A stretch of DNA of 64,000 nt from an uncultured delta proteobacterium (GTDB lineage: Bacteria; Myxococcota_A; Polyangia; Polyangiales; B10-G4), in assembly GCA_963727445.1 (NCBI GenBank), contig CAVSGI010000020.1, forward strand, positions 480,001 to 544,000, in the 5' to 3' direction. Made by a program: the position numbers and the translations under genes. Under the pieces are notes generated by a model. The model saw only the letters and a program-made list of their open reading frames with translations, did no database searches and was not told the origin of the DNA. Shown here one piece after another: positions 39,680 through 48,879 of this stretch (position 1 is the first letter of the stretch; each line of letters starts with the position of its first letter).

Positions 39680-41251
39680 TCACTCCCCGCGCTTCTTCCC
39701 CCGCCGGCTTCGTCTTCGCCGCCGCCGCTTCTCCGGCTTCTTCGTCGTCCCCTCCGCCTTCGCCTCCGCGCGATCCACCGCCTGCTTCGCGGCGCGCTTC
39801 ACCTTCTTCGTGGCGAGGCAGCGGTCGCACTTGCCGCAGCGCGGGGGGCGGGCTTCGCCGAACCACTTACGGATGAAGGCGGAGCGGCAGCCGTCGGTCT
39901 GGGCGTAGGTGGCGACGGCGGCGAGGCGGCGGGCGTCCTCGCGGCGCATGGTCTCGAAGCGCTTGGCGAGATCAGTGGAGGAGGCCTTCATCTCGTCGCC
40001 GTTTACGCGCGGGACGAGGCGCTTGTCGCCACCGACCTCGATGAGCCCCAGCTGCTCGAGCTCGGCGGCGACGGCGCGGACGACGGTCTGGGGGACGCTG
40101 GCGGCGGTGGCGGCGGTCTTGACCGCGACCGGCCGGTCCTCGTCGGCCCAGGCGGCGAGGGCGTGGCCGACGCGGCGCACCTGCGCGGGGCTCGCGCGGC
40201 TCTTCTCGGCGAGGAAGTCCTGAATCGCGAGGTCGTCCTCGTCGTAGAGCAGCACGCAGCGCGAGGGCTTGCCGTCCCGTCCCGCGCGCCCCGCCTCCTG
40301 GATGTACTGCTCGAGGCTCCCAGGCACCTGGTAGTGCAGGATCGACCGGATGTCCGGCTTGTCGATCCCCATGCCGAAGGCGCTGGTGGCGATCATCAGG
40401 ATGCGCCGGCCGCTCTTCATGAAGCGGCGCTGACTGCTGGCGCGCTCCTTCTTCGTCATCTTGCCGTGGTAGCGGGCGACCGGGATCTGCGCCCGGCTCA
40501 GCGCGGCGAAGATCTGATCCACCGCCTTGGTGGTGCTGCAGTAGACGATGGCCGGACGCCTCAGGCGCCTCAGCAGCTGGCCCGCGCGTTCGAGCTTGAG
40601 ATTGCCGGACGCCTCGATCACCTCGAGGGCCAGGTTCTTGCGGTGCGGCGGCGCGCGGATCACCAGCGGCTCGTCCAGGTCGAGGCGCTCGGCGATGTTC
40701 GCCGTCACCTCCGGCGTCGCCGTCGCGGTGAGCGCCACGCAGCGCTCGATGCCGAGGGCGTGACGCTCGGCGCCGATGCGAAGATAGGCCGGCCGGAAGT
40801 CGTGGCCCCACTCCGAGATGCAGTGCGCTTCGTCCACGCAGAGGAGCGCGGGGGCGGCGGCCTCGAGCGCGGGGCGCGCCCACTCCGACTCGAGCGTCTC
40901 CGGCGTCGTCAGGATGATCAGCCGGCCGCCTTTCTCGATCCGCGCCAGCGTCTGCCGCTTCGTCGTGACCTTCAGCGTCGAGTCGAGGCGCGCCACCGGC
41001 ACGCGGCGGCTGCGCAGGCTCCGCTCCTGGTCGCGCATCAGCGCGATGAGCGGCGAGATCACCAGCGTCGGCCGCTCGCTCATCATCGCTGGCACCTGGT
41101 AGATCAGCGACTTGCCGTAGCCCGTGGGCAGCACCGCCAGGACGTCTCGGCCCTTCCGGATCGCGCGGATGGCGTCGCGCTGCTCCGGGTGGAGCTTCGC
41201 CACGCCGAAGACCTCGCGGGCGACCTTCGCCGCCGACTTCGCGCCCTTCAC
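39680..41251 (-). CDS. RecQ family ATP-dependent DNA helicase (no HRDC; basic C-terminal tail)
   Basis: LPTGYGKS, VDEAHCISEWGHDFRPAY, ALTATAT, ATSAFGMGIDK, QEAGRAGRDG, Zn site CR...CGKCDRC; GTGA overlap with the upstream gene. Confidence 0.95.
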   Translation of the reverse strand: MKGAKSAAKVAREVFGVAKLHPEQRDAIRAIRKGRDVLAVLPTGYGKSLIYQVPAMMSERPTLVISPLIALMRDQERSLRSRRVPVARLDSTLKVTTKRQTLARIEKGGRLIILTTPETLESEWARPALEAAAPALLCVDEAHCISEWGHDFRPAYLRIGAERHALGIERCVALTATATPEVTANIAERLDLDEPLVIRAPPHRKNLALEVIEASGNLKLERAGQLLRRLRRPAIVYCSTTKAVDQIFAALSRAQIPVARYHGKMTKKERASSQRRFMKSGRRILMIATSAFGMGIDKPDIRSILHYQVPGSLEQYIQEAGRAGRDGKPSRCVLLYDEDDLAIQDFLAEKSRASPAQVRRVGHALAAWADEDRPVAVKTAATAASVPQTVVRAVAAELEQLGLIEVGGDKRLVPRVNGDEMKASSTDLAKRFETMRREDARRLAAVATYAQTDGCRSAFIRKWFGEARPPRCGKCDRCLATKKVKRAAKQAVDRAEAKAEGTTKKPEKRRRRRRSRRGKKRGE

Positions 41252-42594
41252 TTCTTTCGAAGCAGCAGATGCGCGACGCCGGGACGACCCTTGGTGTCCT
41301 TCACCTGATTCACCCGCTCGACGACGAGACCTTGTCTTTCGAACCACGCGGACAGCTCCTCGAGCTCGTAGCGGCGACTGTAGAGCATCGTCACTGTACG
41401 CCCCTCGTCCTTGATGAGCAGATCGTGGCAGAAATTGAGCGAGCGCGGGACGCGGCTCGAATCATCGTCCTCGCGCACGATGACACGCATCTCGAGGTCG
41501 CTCGGCTTGCGCCCGCGCGCGGCTTCCCAGCGGCGGTAGGGGCCTTCGAGGAGCAGCCGCCGATTCGCTTCGGCCGCGGTCTCTTCCCGCTCGGTGTCCG
41601 TGAGCCGAAAGAGCGGATCCTTCTCGACCCGATCGGGCCTGAGCCCCACCTCGATCCAGAGCAGATCCCCCGAGCGCATCAGCACGTCGACCTTCTCGCG
41701 CAGGAACGTCTCCTCGTCGCGCACGTTGCCGAAGACGTTGCCGAGGATGAGGATCAGCCTCAGGCCATCCTCCGCGGGCAGACGGCTCGTCGGCATGCGG
41801 CCGAGGAAGCTCAGAGGGCCCTCCTCGAAGTCGGCGCAGCAGGCGATCACCGAGCCGTGGCTCGCCCCCCGATTCGACAGCGTCTTGCGCGTGTCCTGCG
41901 CCGCGCGCGAGAGCAGCGCGATGGAGACATCGGCCAGACAGAGGCTCAGCCACGGCAGCGTCTGGTTCTTCTCCTTTTCGAGATCGAGGAGGCGGTTCAA
42001 GAGGCGCACCTCCTTGCCGCCTTCCCCGGGGCCGAGGCTGATCACGTCGAGGCCGCGGACCCGCGCCTTGGGCGCAAAGCCCATCGCGTCGGCGATGGGG
42101 CCCTTGGCCTGGCCCCGTGTCCCGCGCGAAGGGTCGAGCCACTCCTCGGCGCGCTCCTCCACGCCGCGCAGCCACGCGGATTGCTCGTAACCCGTCCGGA
42201 TCAGGTTCTCCCAGGCGAGCGCGCCCTGGGGCTCGAAGTAGAGGAAGCGGTGGCCGAGGTAGTCGTAGTGGATGCGGTCGCGGAGCTGGCGCTGCAGGGC
42301 CGACGGCCCCGAGCCGTTCTCCACCTCGACCGCCACCAGCCCGAGGTCGGGATCGATCGACAGGTCGCCCGCGCGCATGCGCAGCGCCTCGATCCGCGCT
42401 GCCAGGCCGCGCTTCACGGCCGCGAGCTTCTGCGGCTTGAGGTTCTGTACCGAGCCCGAGCGCCAGTTGGCCACGTTCTCCACGCTCACGCCCGCGAGGG
42501 CCGCGACGTCCTTGTCGGATTCGATGCCCAGCTCGCACGCGATCGTCAGGAAGAGATCGATGAGCTGGCTCGGCGTCTTTTCCTTCTTCACCAC
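41248..42594 (-). CDS. XRE-like HTH fused to EgtD-like (Methyltransf_33) class I SAM methyltransferase
   Basis: HTH SDKDVAALAGVSVENVANWRSG; MTase motifs RFLY, ISLGPGEGGKE, LADVSIALL, ADFE, ILGNVFGN, SRRYE. Confidence 0.78.
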   Translation of the reverse strand: MVKKEKTPSQLIDLFLTIACELGIESDKDVAALAGVSVENVANWRSGSVQNLKPQKLAAVKRGLAARIEALRMRAGDLSIDPDLGLVAVEVENGSGPSALQRQLRDRIHYDYLGHRFLYFEPQGALAWENLIRTGYEQSAWLRGVEERAEEWLDPSRGTRGQAKGPIADAMGFAPKARVRGLDVISLGPGEGGKEVRLLNRLLDLEKEKNQTLPWLSLCLADVSIALLSRAAQDTRKTLSNRGASHGSVIACCADFEEGPLSFLGRMPTSRLPAEDGLRLILILGNVFGNVRDEETFLREKVDVLMRSGDLLWIEVGLRPDRVEKDPLFRLTDTEREETAAEANRRLLLEGPYRRWEAARGRKPSDLEMRVIVREDDDSSRVPRSLNFCHDLLIKDEGRTVTMLYSRRYELEELSAWFERQGLVVERVNQVKDTKGRPGVAHLLLRKK

Positions 42595-42601
42595 GTTCGC
42601 C

Positions 42602-43726
42602 TCAGCCCTCGGTTTCCTTCATGGCCCGCTGGATCACGGTCCAGGTGGCGCCCGCGTCGGTGGTGACGTCGTCCCAGCGCCCGGAGAAGCGACCACAGAA
42701 CGAGCTCTTGAGCACTTCGGGGAGCATGCGCCGCTGATTGTCCGCCATCAGCGGGTGCTTGAGATAGATGCAGACCTCTTCGGTCGCGCGCACCGACAGG
42801 CTCGCCGCGAGCTCGGGCGAGCGCCGCACGGCGTCGGCGATGCTCACGATCTCCTCGATCAGCCCCTTGCCCAGCTCGGGATGGCGGGCGCGGAGGATCT
42901 TCACCTCTTCTTCGACTGGCGGATAGTCCATCTGAAGCGGGGCGAAGCGATCGAGCTGCGCGGCGTCGATGCCGAAGGTCGCCGTGAACTCCGAGCCGCG
43001 GTTCACGGCGGCGATGAATTGGACGTTGTCGGGGATCTCCATGAAGCGGTTCTCGGTCGGATGAAAGAGCTTGCGCGTCGTGTCGAGCGCCGGCATCAGC
43101 GCGTTGCGCGCGCTCTCCTGGCAGCGGTTCAGCTCGTCGAGGAAGACGAGGTAGCGCTTGTCGGGATGGTGGACCGCGTCTTCGAGGGCTTCGAGGAGGT
43201 CGGTCTTGATGAAGTCGGTCACCGGCTGACCCGTTTCCGAAGCCCGCACCTGGATGGTGGCGAGAAAGTCGCTCGCCTCGACGACCGCGCCGCAATTGAA
43301 GAAGACGAACTCGAGGCCGAGGGACTGGGCGATGGAGCGCGCCAGCGTGGTCTTGCCGCATCCCTGGGGCCCGTCGAGGAGGATGTTCAGGCCAGACTCG
43401 AGGAGCACCTGGAGCTTCTTCGAGACGATCGGGTCGAGCCAGACGCCCTCGATGCGAAAGGGCGCGGGGCGCACGTAGCTCACCTCGATGGCGCCGCGGT
43501 CGGGGCGGTCGGCCTTGGTGATCTTGTCGATCTTCACGAGGCACGGGACGCCCGGCATCACCCGCGCGTCGTCCGAGAGCACCACCTTCGGCGCGCGTCG
43601 TCCGTCGAGGTGCGTGGCGCGATAGCGGAACTTCGAGTCCTCGACGGGGTTGGCCCAGAAGGTCGACTCCATCACGTCGCCGACCTTGATCTCTTCGAGC
43701 GTCAGCTTCCCTACAGTCGTGCTCAC
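42602..43726 (-). CDS. MoxR-type (AAA_5) ATPase with ~85-aa N-terminal beta-rich domain
   Basis: Walker A GPQGCGKT, Walker B VFLDELNR, NALMPALD, AAVN, DAAQLDRF, SVR. Confidence 0.93.
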   Translation of the reverse strand: MSTTVGKLTLEEIKVGDVMESTFWANPVEDSKFRYRATHLDGRRAPKVVLSDDARVMPGVPCLVKIDKITKADRPDRGAIEVSYVRPAPFRIEGVWLDPIVSKKLQVLLESGLNILLDGPQGCGKTTLARSIAQSLGLEFVFFNCGAVVEASDFLATIQVRASETGQPVTDFIKTDLLEALEDAVHHPDKRYLVFLDELNRCQESARNALMPALDTTRKLFHPTENRFMEIPDNVQFIAAVNRGSEFTATFGIDAAQLDRFAPLQMDYPPVEEEVKILRARHPELGKGLIEEIVSIADAVRRSPELAASLSVRATEEVCIYLKHPLMADNQRRMLPEVLKSSFCGRFSGRWDDVTTDAGATWTVIQRAMKETEG

Positions 43727-43735
43727 CGTCTTCTC

Positions 43736-46700
43736 CTACGCTGCCATCGCCTTTTTGACCAGGCCAGCGATGATGTTCCCGAAACGCCGCACGGCGACGT
43801 CGAATTCGTCCTCCATCACCTCGACGTAGTGAGGGAAGCACTTCTCGGCCAGGGGCCGCACCGCGACCTGCGCGCAGCACATCCCCTCGCGGCGGCTGAG
43901 GCGGGTGACCAGCGCTTTGAGCGCAGCCACCGAGCATTCGGTGGGCAGACCGTCGCTGATCATCACCAGGAGCTTCGCGCGGCGCGAGGAGGCGCGGGCC
44001 ACTCGCGAGACGTGGAAGAGCGCCGCGGCGTCGTTGTTGCCCCCGCCCGCGTTCAACGAGGCGACCGCGGGGCGACGCGCGTTGCCCGCGTCGTAGATGA
44101 CACGGTCGGTGAAGCCGAAGAGGCGGACGTCGATGCCCGGCAGGCCGCGGGCCGCGTCGGCCAGGAGCACGCCGAAGGCACGCGCTCGCTCCATGCTCCG
44201 GCCGTGCATCGAGCCGGAGCAATCGATGATGATGCCGAGGAAGAGATCGCTGGTCACCTCGGTCTCGCGCGAGATCAGCATGCGGGGATCGCGTCGGGTC
44301 ACGACCGCCGTCGCCCGGGAGCGATCGAAGCGGCGGCCTTTCAGGCGCATACGCCGCTGGACCAGCGACAGCCCGAGGTCGGCCAGGTAGCGCCGCATGT
44401 GGCGGGCGTGTCGCGCGACGCGGCGGCTCTCTTCGCGGTGGCGCGCCGCGTCGTAGGGCACGTGCTCGATCTGGGTGATGAGATCGAAGCGCTCGTCGGG
44501 GTTCACGTTGAGGATCAGCTTGCCGCCCGGGCTCGCCGGGCCGTCTCTGCCGCGCCTCGGGTCGAGGACGCGCTCGACTTCGCGCTGCACCTCGTCGTCC
44601 TCGATCCCCTCGCCGTGGATGATCCGATCGGCGCCGTCCTCGCCGAGGGCTTCGTGTCCGCCGAAGCTCTCCATGATGCTCACCTCGGAGCCAAACATCT
44701 CTCGCAGCCGATAGCTGATGGCGAGGAGGCTCCGCATGTCCCCCTTGCGGAAGGACTTGTCGAACATCTCGAGGGCCTGTGCGACGAGGGGATCGCCGTG
44801 GCGCTTGCCGAGCCCCATGCGGAGCGCGCGTACGAACATCGCGAAGCGCATCCCCGTGCGCTCCATCTCGCTCAGGAGCGAGCCGTTGTCGATGCGCACC
44901 GACGCTGGGTTGCGCGCGACGCCGAGACGGATGCGGGTCAGCACGGCGAAGGCCCGGCTCTGGAGCATGTCGAAGAGGGTGAAGACCGGCAGCTCGCGAG
45001 CGGAGTGGGCGAAGGCGTAGGCCACCAGCCGCTTGAGTCGATCGCCGTAGGCCGCGTCCGTCGCGCGGAGGTTTCGCTCGAGGTGCTCGTCGGCGACGAG
45101 GTTCAGAAGGCCGTGGATGCCCTCCATCTGCGCCTCGGCCCAGACCTTCGCCTCCTCGTCTCCCCAGTGATAGACGTGGTGGCCGATCTCGTGGAGCACG
45201 AGCGCCTCGACGATCTCGCGCCCGTGGCGCTCCTCACGCAGCAGGGGTAGCGGGCTCACGTGAATGCGATTGTCGCTCAGGCGCGTGTAGCCGAGGCCGC
45301 GGCCGCCGATCATGTGGAAACGGAAAACCCGGCCGGTGAGCTCGCGCCCCACGCGGACGCCCCAGGCGAAGGTGTCGGCGATGGCGAGGAGCTTTCGCGT
45401 GCGGCTGGGCTTGCGGGCGAGGCGCTGCACCACCGCCTGCCGCAGAGCGTCGTTCTGACACTCGGTGAGCAGCAGGGTGAGCAGCGCGTCCCGCACCTCG
45501 CGCGGCGTCTGCTCGTGGTCGAGGAGGGTGAGGACCTTCTGTTCGTTGGCGAGCTTGGGACCGGCGAAGAGGGCGGCGTGGGCCACGATCTCGAGTAGGC
45601 GCGGCTCGAGCCCGACGAGGAGCGACGCCTCGACCACCTCGCCGCGGAAGTGCTCGGCGACGAGGATGGGGTAGCCGAGGACGTCGCCGCAGCGAAGCAG
45701 GGCCGCCGCGGCGCGCCTCCGCAGATCGCCGATACGCTTGGTGCCCTGACGGAGGAAGGCGCGCAGCGCTTCGTCGTCCGCGTCGTTCGAGAGACCCTCT
45801 TCTTCGCGGCCGAGGAGCAGCTCGACCGCCGGTCGATAGGCGTGCGGATGGGGCGAGACGGTGAGCCGACGCGCGAGCGCCAGCGGGTCGCCGCCCGACT
45901 TTTCGAGCCGCATCCAGTCTTCGGTGCGAAACCACGAGCCCGACTCGGCGTTCGCGGCAGCGATGGCGCTCTCGAGCTCGGCCGCTTCGCCTCGTTCGAG
46001 GAGGCCGAGGGCGAGGCGGAAGCGGAGCTCGGGGTCGGTCGCGGCGTCGCGGGTGAGCGCGTGCAGCGCTTCGAGGTGCGGCGAGTCCGGCCAGAGCGCG
46101 ATGCTGTCCGCGATGGCCGACCACTCGACGGGCCGGGTCTCGCCGGTGAGCAGGCGCACCAGTCGCGCGATCCCCTCGTCGCCCAGCTCGACCAGACGCA
46201 GCGTGGCTTCGTGAACGACCTTCGGGTTCTTATCGCGGCAGTGCGCCTCGAGCGCGTCGAGATCCGTGAGCGCGGCGATCGTTTCGAGGAGCCTCTCTTC
46301 GGGTGGGGGCCGGTGAACGCGGCGCGCGCGGGCACGGGGAGGTAGGCCGCTCGCCGAGATCCACGGGGCGAGGACTCGGCGGGTCTCGTCGTCGAAATCC
46401 GTCATGCGCGCGGCCACCGCCGTTCGTCGTGCGTGGAGCGCCGGCAGGCCGATGCGCGCGTCGTGGAAGGCCATCAGGATCGCGGCGGCGTGTCGTCCGA
46501 GCTCCGTGTCGAGGGCGTCGACGGAGAGATCGAGGAGCGCGTCGTCGAGCAACGCTTCGAGGCGCCCGCGATCGCGCCACCGCCAGATCGACAGCACCCG
46601 CGCGACCGCGGCGAGGGCGCTCTGCCGGATGGTCTTCGACGGGGCGGCCAACAGGTCGGCGATGCCCGCCGTCACCCCGCCCTCGAAGGCCGCGAGCCCC

Positions 46701-48802
46701 TCCATGAAGGCGAAGGCGTGCGGCTCGAATCGGTAGAGGAAGGCGTGGCCCAGAGGCGGCAGGTTCTTCGCCGAGCGCCACACGGAGATCGCCCCCTCGG
46801 CGAAGGCGCGCCGGAAGCCCGCGTCGTCCTCGGCGTAACGCTCGAGCATGACGGCGACCGCGTCGGGCGCGTCGTGACTGCCGAGGAGCGCCACGCACGC
46901 GGCGCGGCACGGCGCTGGCGGGGGACCGCGCCGCGCGAGGGCCTCGGTCAGACCCCGATGCGGCCCCGATAGGCACGGTTGGAGCGCGTCTTCGAGGGCC
47001 GCCTCCGTCGCGTCAACGATCTGCCGTTCCACTTCCGGCGGCAGGAGCACGACCTCGGCGTCCCGACGGGCAGGGACCGGGGCCTCCTTCTTCGAAGGAA
47101 GGCGCGCCGCCGCCCAGTCGGCGATGGCCGGGGAGACGTGAGTCGCCAGCTCGTGCGCGAGGGCGAGCTCTTTGCCCCAGGGAACGGTGGTCGCGTGCGG
47201 CAGCACCTCGAGGAGCTTCTTCAGCTTCGGCGTGGGGAGCGCGCTCACCCGGCCGACCCACGCTTCGGCGCTCTCGCGCTTCGCGACGCCGCCGAGGGTC
47301 GCGAGGCCGACCGGGCTCTGCGCGGGATCGGGCAGATCGAGGAAGATCTGGAAGAAGCGATCCAGGTGCGCGTCGTCCAGCACCTCGGCGAGGCGCGAGG
47401 CCACCCGCTCGATCTTGTTGACGGCGAGGCGCGGCGACAGCGTCGGCTCGAGGCGCGCGAGGCGCTCGAAGCAGTCGAGGAGCGTCTCGGCGCTCATCGC
47501 GTCGAGGAAGAAGAGCTCGTCGGCCTGCGCCGCCTGCACCAGGAAGGCCAGGACCTCGCCGCGTCGCGAGGGCGCCTTGCCGACGATCAACGCCATCAGC
47601 CATTTGCGGCCTTTGGAGGAGGTGTCGAGGAGCGTGAGGAAGGGCGCGTTGCGCTTCATGTCGGTGAGGAACGCCGAGATGACCTCGTCGACGTCGAGCC
47701 ATCCCCAGAGCGCCGAATAGGGGTTGCTGCGGCAGTAGTGGAGCACCGCGCCCAGCGCCCAGACGTCGAGCACGTCCTTCCTGGGGCGGACCAGGTCGCT
47801 CTTCACCAGCGTCACGACCTGCTCGTCGTTGATACGGGGGATGCGGCGGCCGTTTTCGTAGACGCGCTCGAGCGAGGAGTAGCGAACGTCGCGGGGGACC
47901 CAGGGCGCCGTCAGGAAGGCGGGGAAGAAGAGCGCGCAGATCCCGGCGGCGCGCGGCAGAAACCAACGGCGGCGCCGGAAGGAGACGAGGAGCGAGGCCA
48001 CCACCCGACGGCGGAGCGGGAAGGGAACACCGAAGAGCGCGGTCTCGAGCTGCGCGAAGAAGGTCTCGCGCACCGCTTCGTCGGCATCGTCGTCGAGGAA
48101 GAGCGAGAAGAGATCGTCCAGGGCGTCGGCCTGATCCGTGTCGGTGTCGCCCCTGGCCGTCAGGATGCGATGGACCTCGCTCGGACTCCGGCGATGGCTG
48201 CGGGCGAGCCAGGCGGCCGTCTGCGGCCAGGCGATCTTCGAGAGCCACAGGCGCGCTTCGTCGCGGGTGACGACGCCCGATGCGGCGAAGTCGAGGAGCG
48301 CGGGGATGGCGTTGGGCGGGACCTCGACGCCCCGGGCACGGATGGCGCCGGCGATCGATTCGTCGGCGAGGAGAAAGAAGGCGTAGCTCGCCGCGCCGAC
48401 AGGTGCGCCGCCTGTGGCGGCGGCGCGCCGCACCTCGGGATCGGCGTGAAAGAGCGCGTGCACCCAGCGGAGGGGCTGCTCCGTGGCGGAGGTATGAAGC
48501 GCCGACAGCGCGGAGATCTTCACGGCGGGATCGCCGTCGTCGAGGGCACCGACCATCGCCGGCCAAGCGCTCGGCCCTTCGGCGCCGGCCACCACTGCGA
48601 GCGCCGCGGCGCGAACGCGCGCGTCGGGATGATTCAGCACCCGCGGCATCAATCCGAGGAAGACGACCCGCATGTGAAGCGGCTCCCGCGCGAGCTCTTC
48701 GAGGAGACCCGCGAGGTGCTGACCCTCGTGCAGCTCGGCCCGGAGGTGCGGCTCCATCCGTTCGTCGTGGGCGAGGAGCCAGAAGAGATCGAGATCGCGC
48801 AT
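43736..48802 (-). CDS. Giant HEAT/ARM-repeat protein with HEXXH metallopeptidase-like motif and C-terminal vWA domain
   Basis: HEAT repeats HPDARVRAAA, DGDPAVK, HADPEVRRAA; LHEIGHH at ~45176-45196 followed by NLVADEHLE; MIDAS DCSGSM (~44206-44225), GGGNND, MISDGLP. Confidence 0.88.
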   Translation of the reverse strand: MRDLDLFWLLAHDERMEPHLRAELHEGQHLAGLLEELAREPLHMRVVFLGLMPRVLNHPDARVRAAALAVVAGAEGPSAWPAMVGALDDGDPAVKISALSALHTSATEQPLRWVHALFHADPEVRRAAATGGAPVGAASYAFFLLADESIAGAIRARGVEVPPNAIPALLDFAASGVVTRDEARLWLSKIAWPQTAAWLARSHRRSPSEVHRILTARGDTDTDQADALDDLFSLFLDDDADEAVRETFFAQLETALFGVPFPLRRRVVASLLVSFRRRRWFLPRAAGICALFFPAFLTAPWVPRDVRYSSLERVYENGRRIPRINDEQVVTLVKSDLVRPRKDVLDVWALGAVLHYCRSNPYSALWGWLDVDEVISAFLTDMKRNAPFLTLLDTSSKGRKWLMALIVGKAPSRRGEVLAFLVQAAQADELFFLDAMSAETLLDCFERLARLEPTLSPRLAVNKIERVASRLAEVLDDAHLDRFFQIFLDLPDPAQSPVGLATLGGVAKRESAEAWVGRVSALPTPKLKKLLEVLPHATTVPWGKELALAHELATHVSPAIADWAAARLPSKKEAPVPARRDAEVVLLPPEVERQIVDATEAALEDALQPCLSGPHRGLTEALARRGPPPAPCRAACVALLGSHDAPDAVAVMLERYAEDDAGFRRAFAEGAISVWRSAKNLPPLGHAFLYRFEPHAFAFMEGLAAFEGGVTAGIADLLAAPSKTIRQSALAAVARVLSIWRWRDRGRLEALLDDALLDLSVDALDTELGRHAAAILMAFHDARIGLPALHARRTAVAARMTDFDDETRRVLAPWISASGLPPRARARRVHRPPPEERLLETIAALTDLDALEAHCRDKNPKVVHEATLRLVELGDEGIARLVRLLTGETRPVEWSAIADSIALWPDSPHLEALHALTRDAATDPELRFRLALGLLERGEAAELESAIAAANAESGSWFRTEDWMRLEKSGGDPLALARRLTVSPHPHAYRPAVELLLGREEEGLSNDADDEALRAFLRQGTKRIGDLRRRAAAALLRCGDVLGYPILVAEHFRGEVVEASLLVGLEPRLLEIVAHAALFAGPKLANEQKVLTLLDHEQTPREVRDALLTLLLTECQNDALRQAVVQRLARKPSRTRKLLAIADTFAWGVRVGRELTGRVFRFHMIGGRGLGYTRLSDNRIHVSPLPLLREERHGREIVEALVLHEIGHHVYHWGDEEAKVWAEAQMEGIHGLLNLVADEHLERNLRATDAAYGDRLKRLVAYAFAHSARELPVFTLFDMLQSRAFAVLTRIRLGVARNPASVRIDNGSLLSEMERTGMRFAMFVRALRMGLGKRHGDPLVAQALEMFDKSFRKGDMRSLLAISYRLREMFGSEVSIMESFGGHEALGEDGADRIIHGEGIEDDEVQREVERVLDPRRGRDGPASPGGKLILNVNPDERFDLITQIEHVPYDAARHREESRRVARHARHMRRYLADLGLSLVQRRMRLKGRRFDRSRATAVVTRRDPRMLISRETEVTSDLFLGIIIDCSGSMHGRSMERARAFGVLLADAARGLPGIDVRLFGFTDRVIYDAGNARRPAVASLNAGGGNNDAAALFHVSRVARASSRRAKLLVMISDGLPTECSVAALKALVTRLSRREGMCCAQVAVRPLAEKCFPHYVEVMEDEFDVAVRRFGNIIAGLVKKAMAA

Positions 48803-48879
48803 CGGCGGGAGGGCGATCCTGCCATTAAAGTCGTCGATTCGACGCGAGGGGTTGCGCGCTGACGAATCGGTCTTACCCG

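Noticed and set aside
39266..39680. Histone fold downstream of the ZZ-like finger
   Set aside because: No histone-fold-like sequence recognised in the plus-strand frames.
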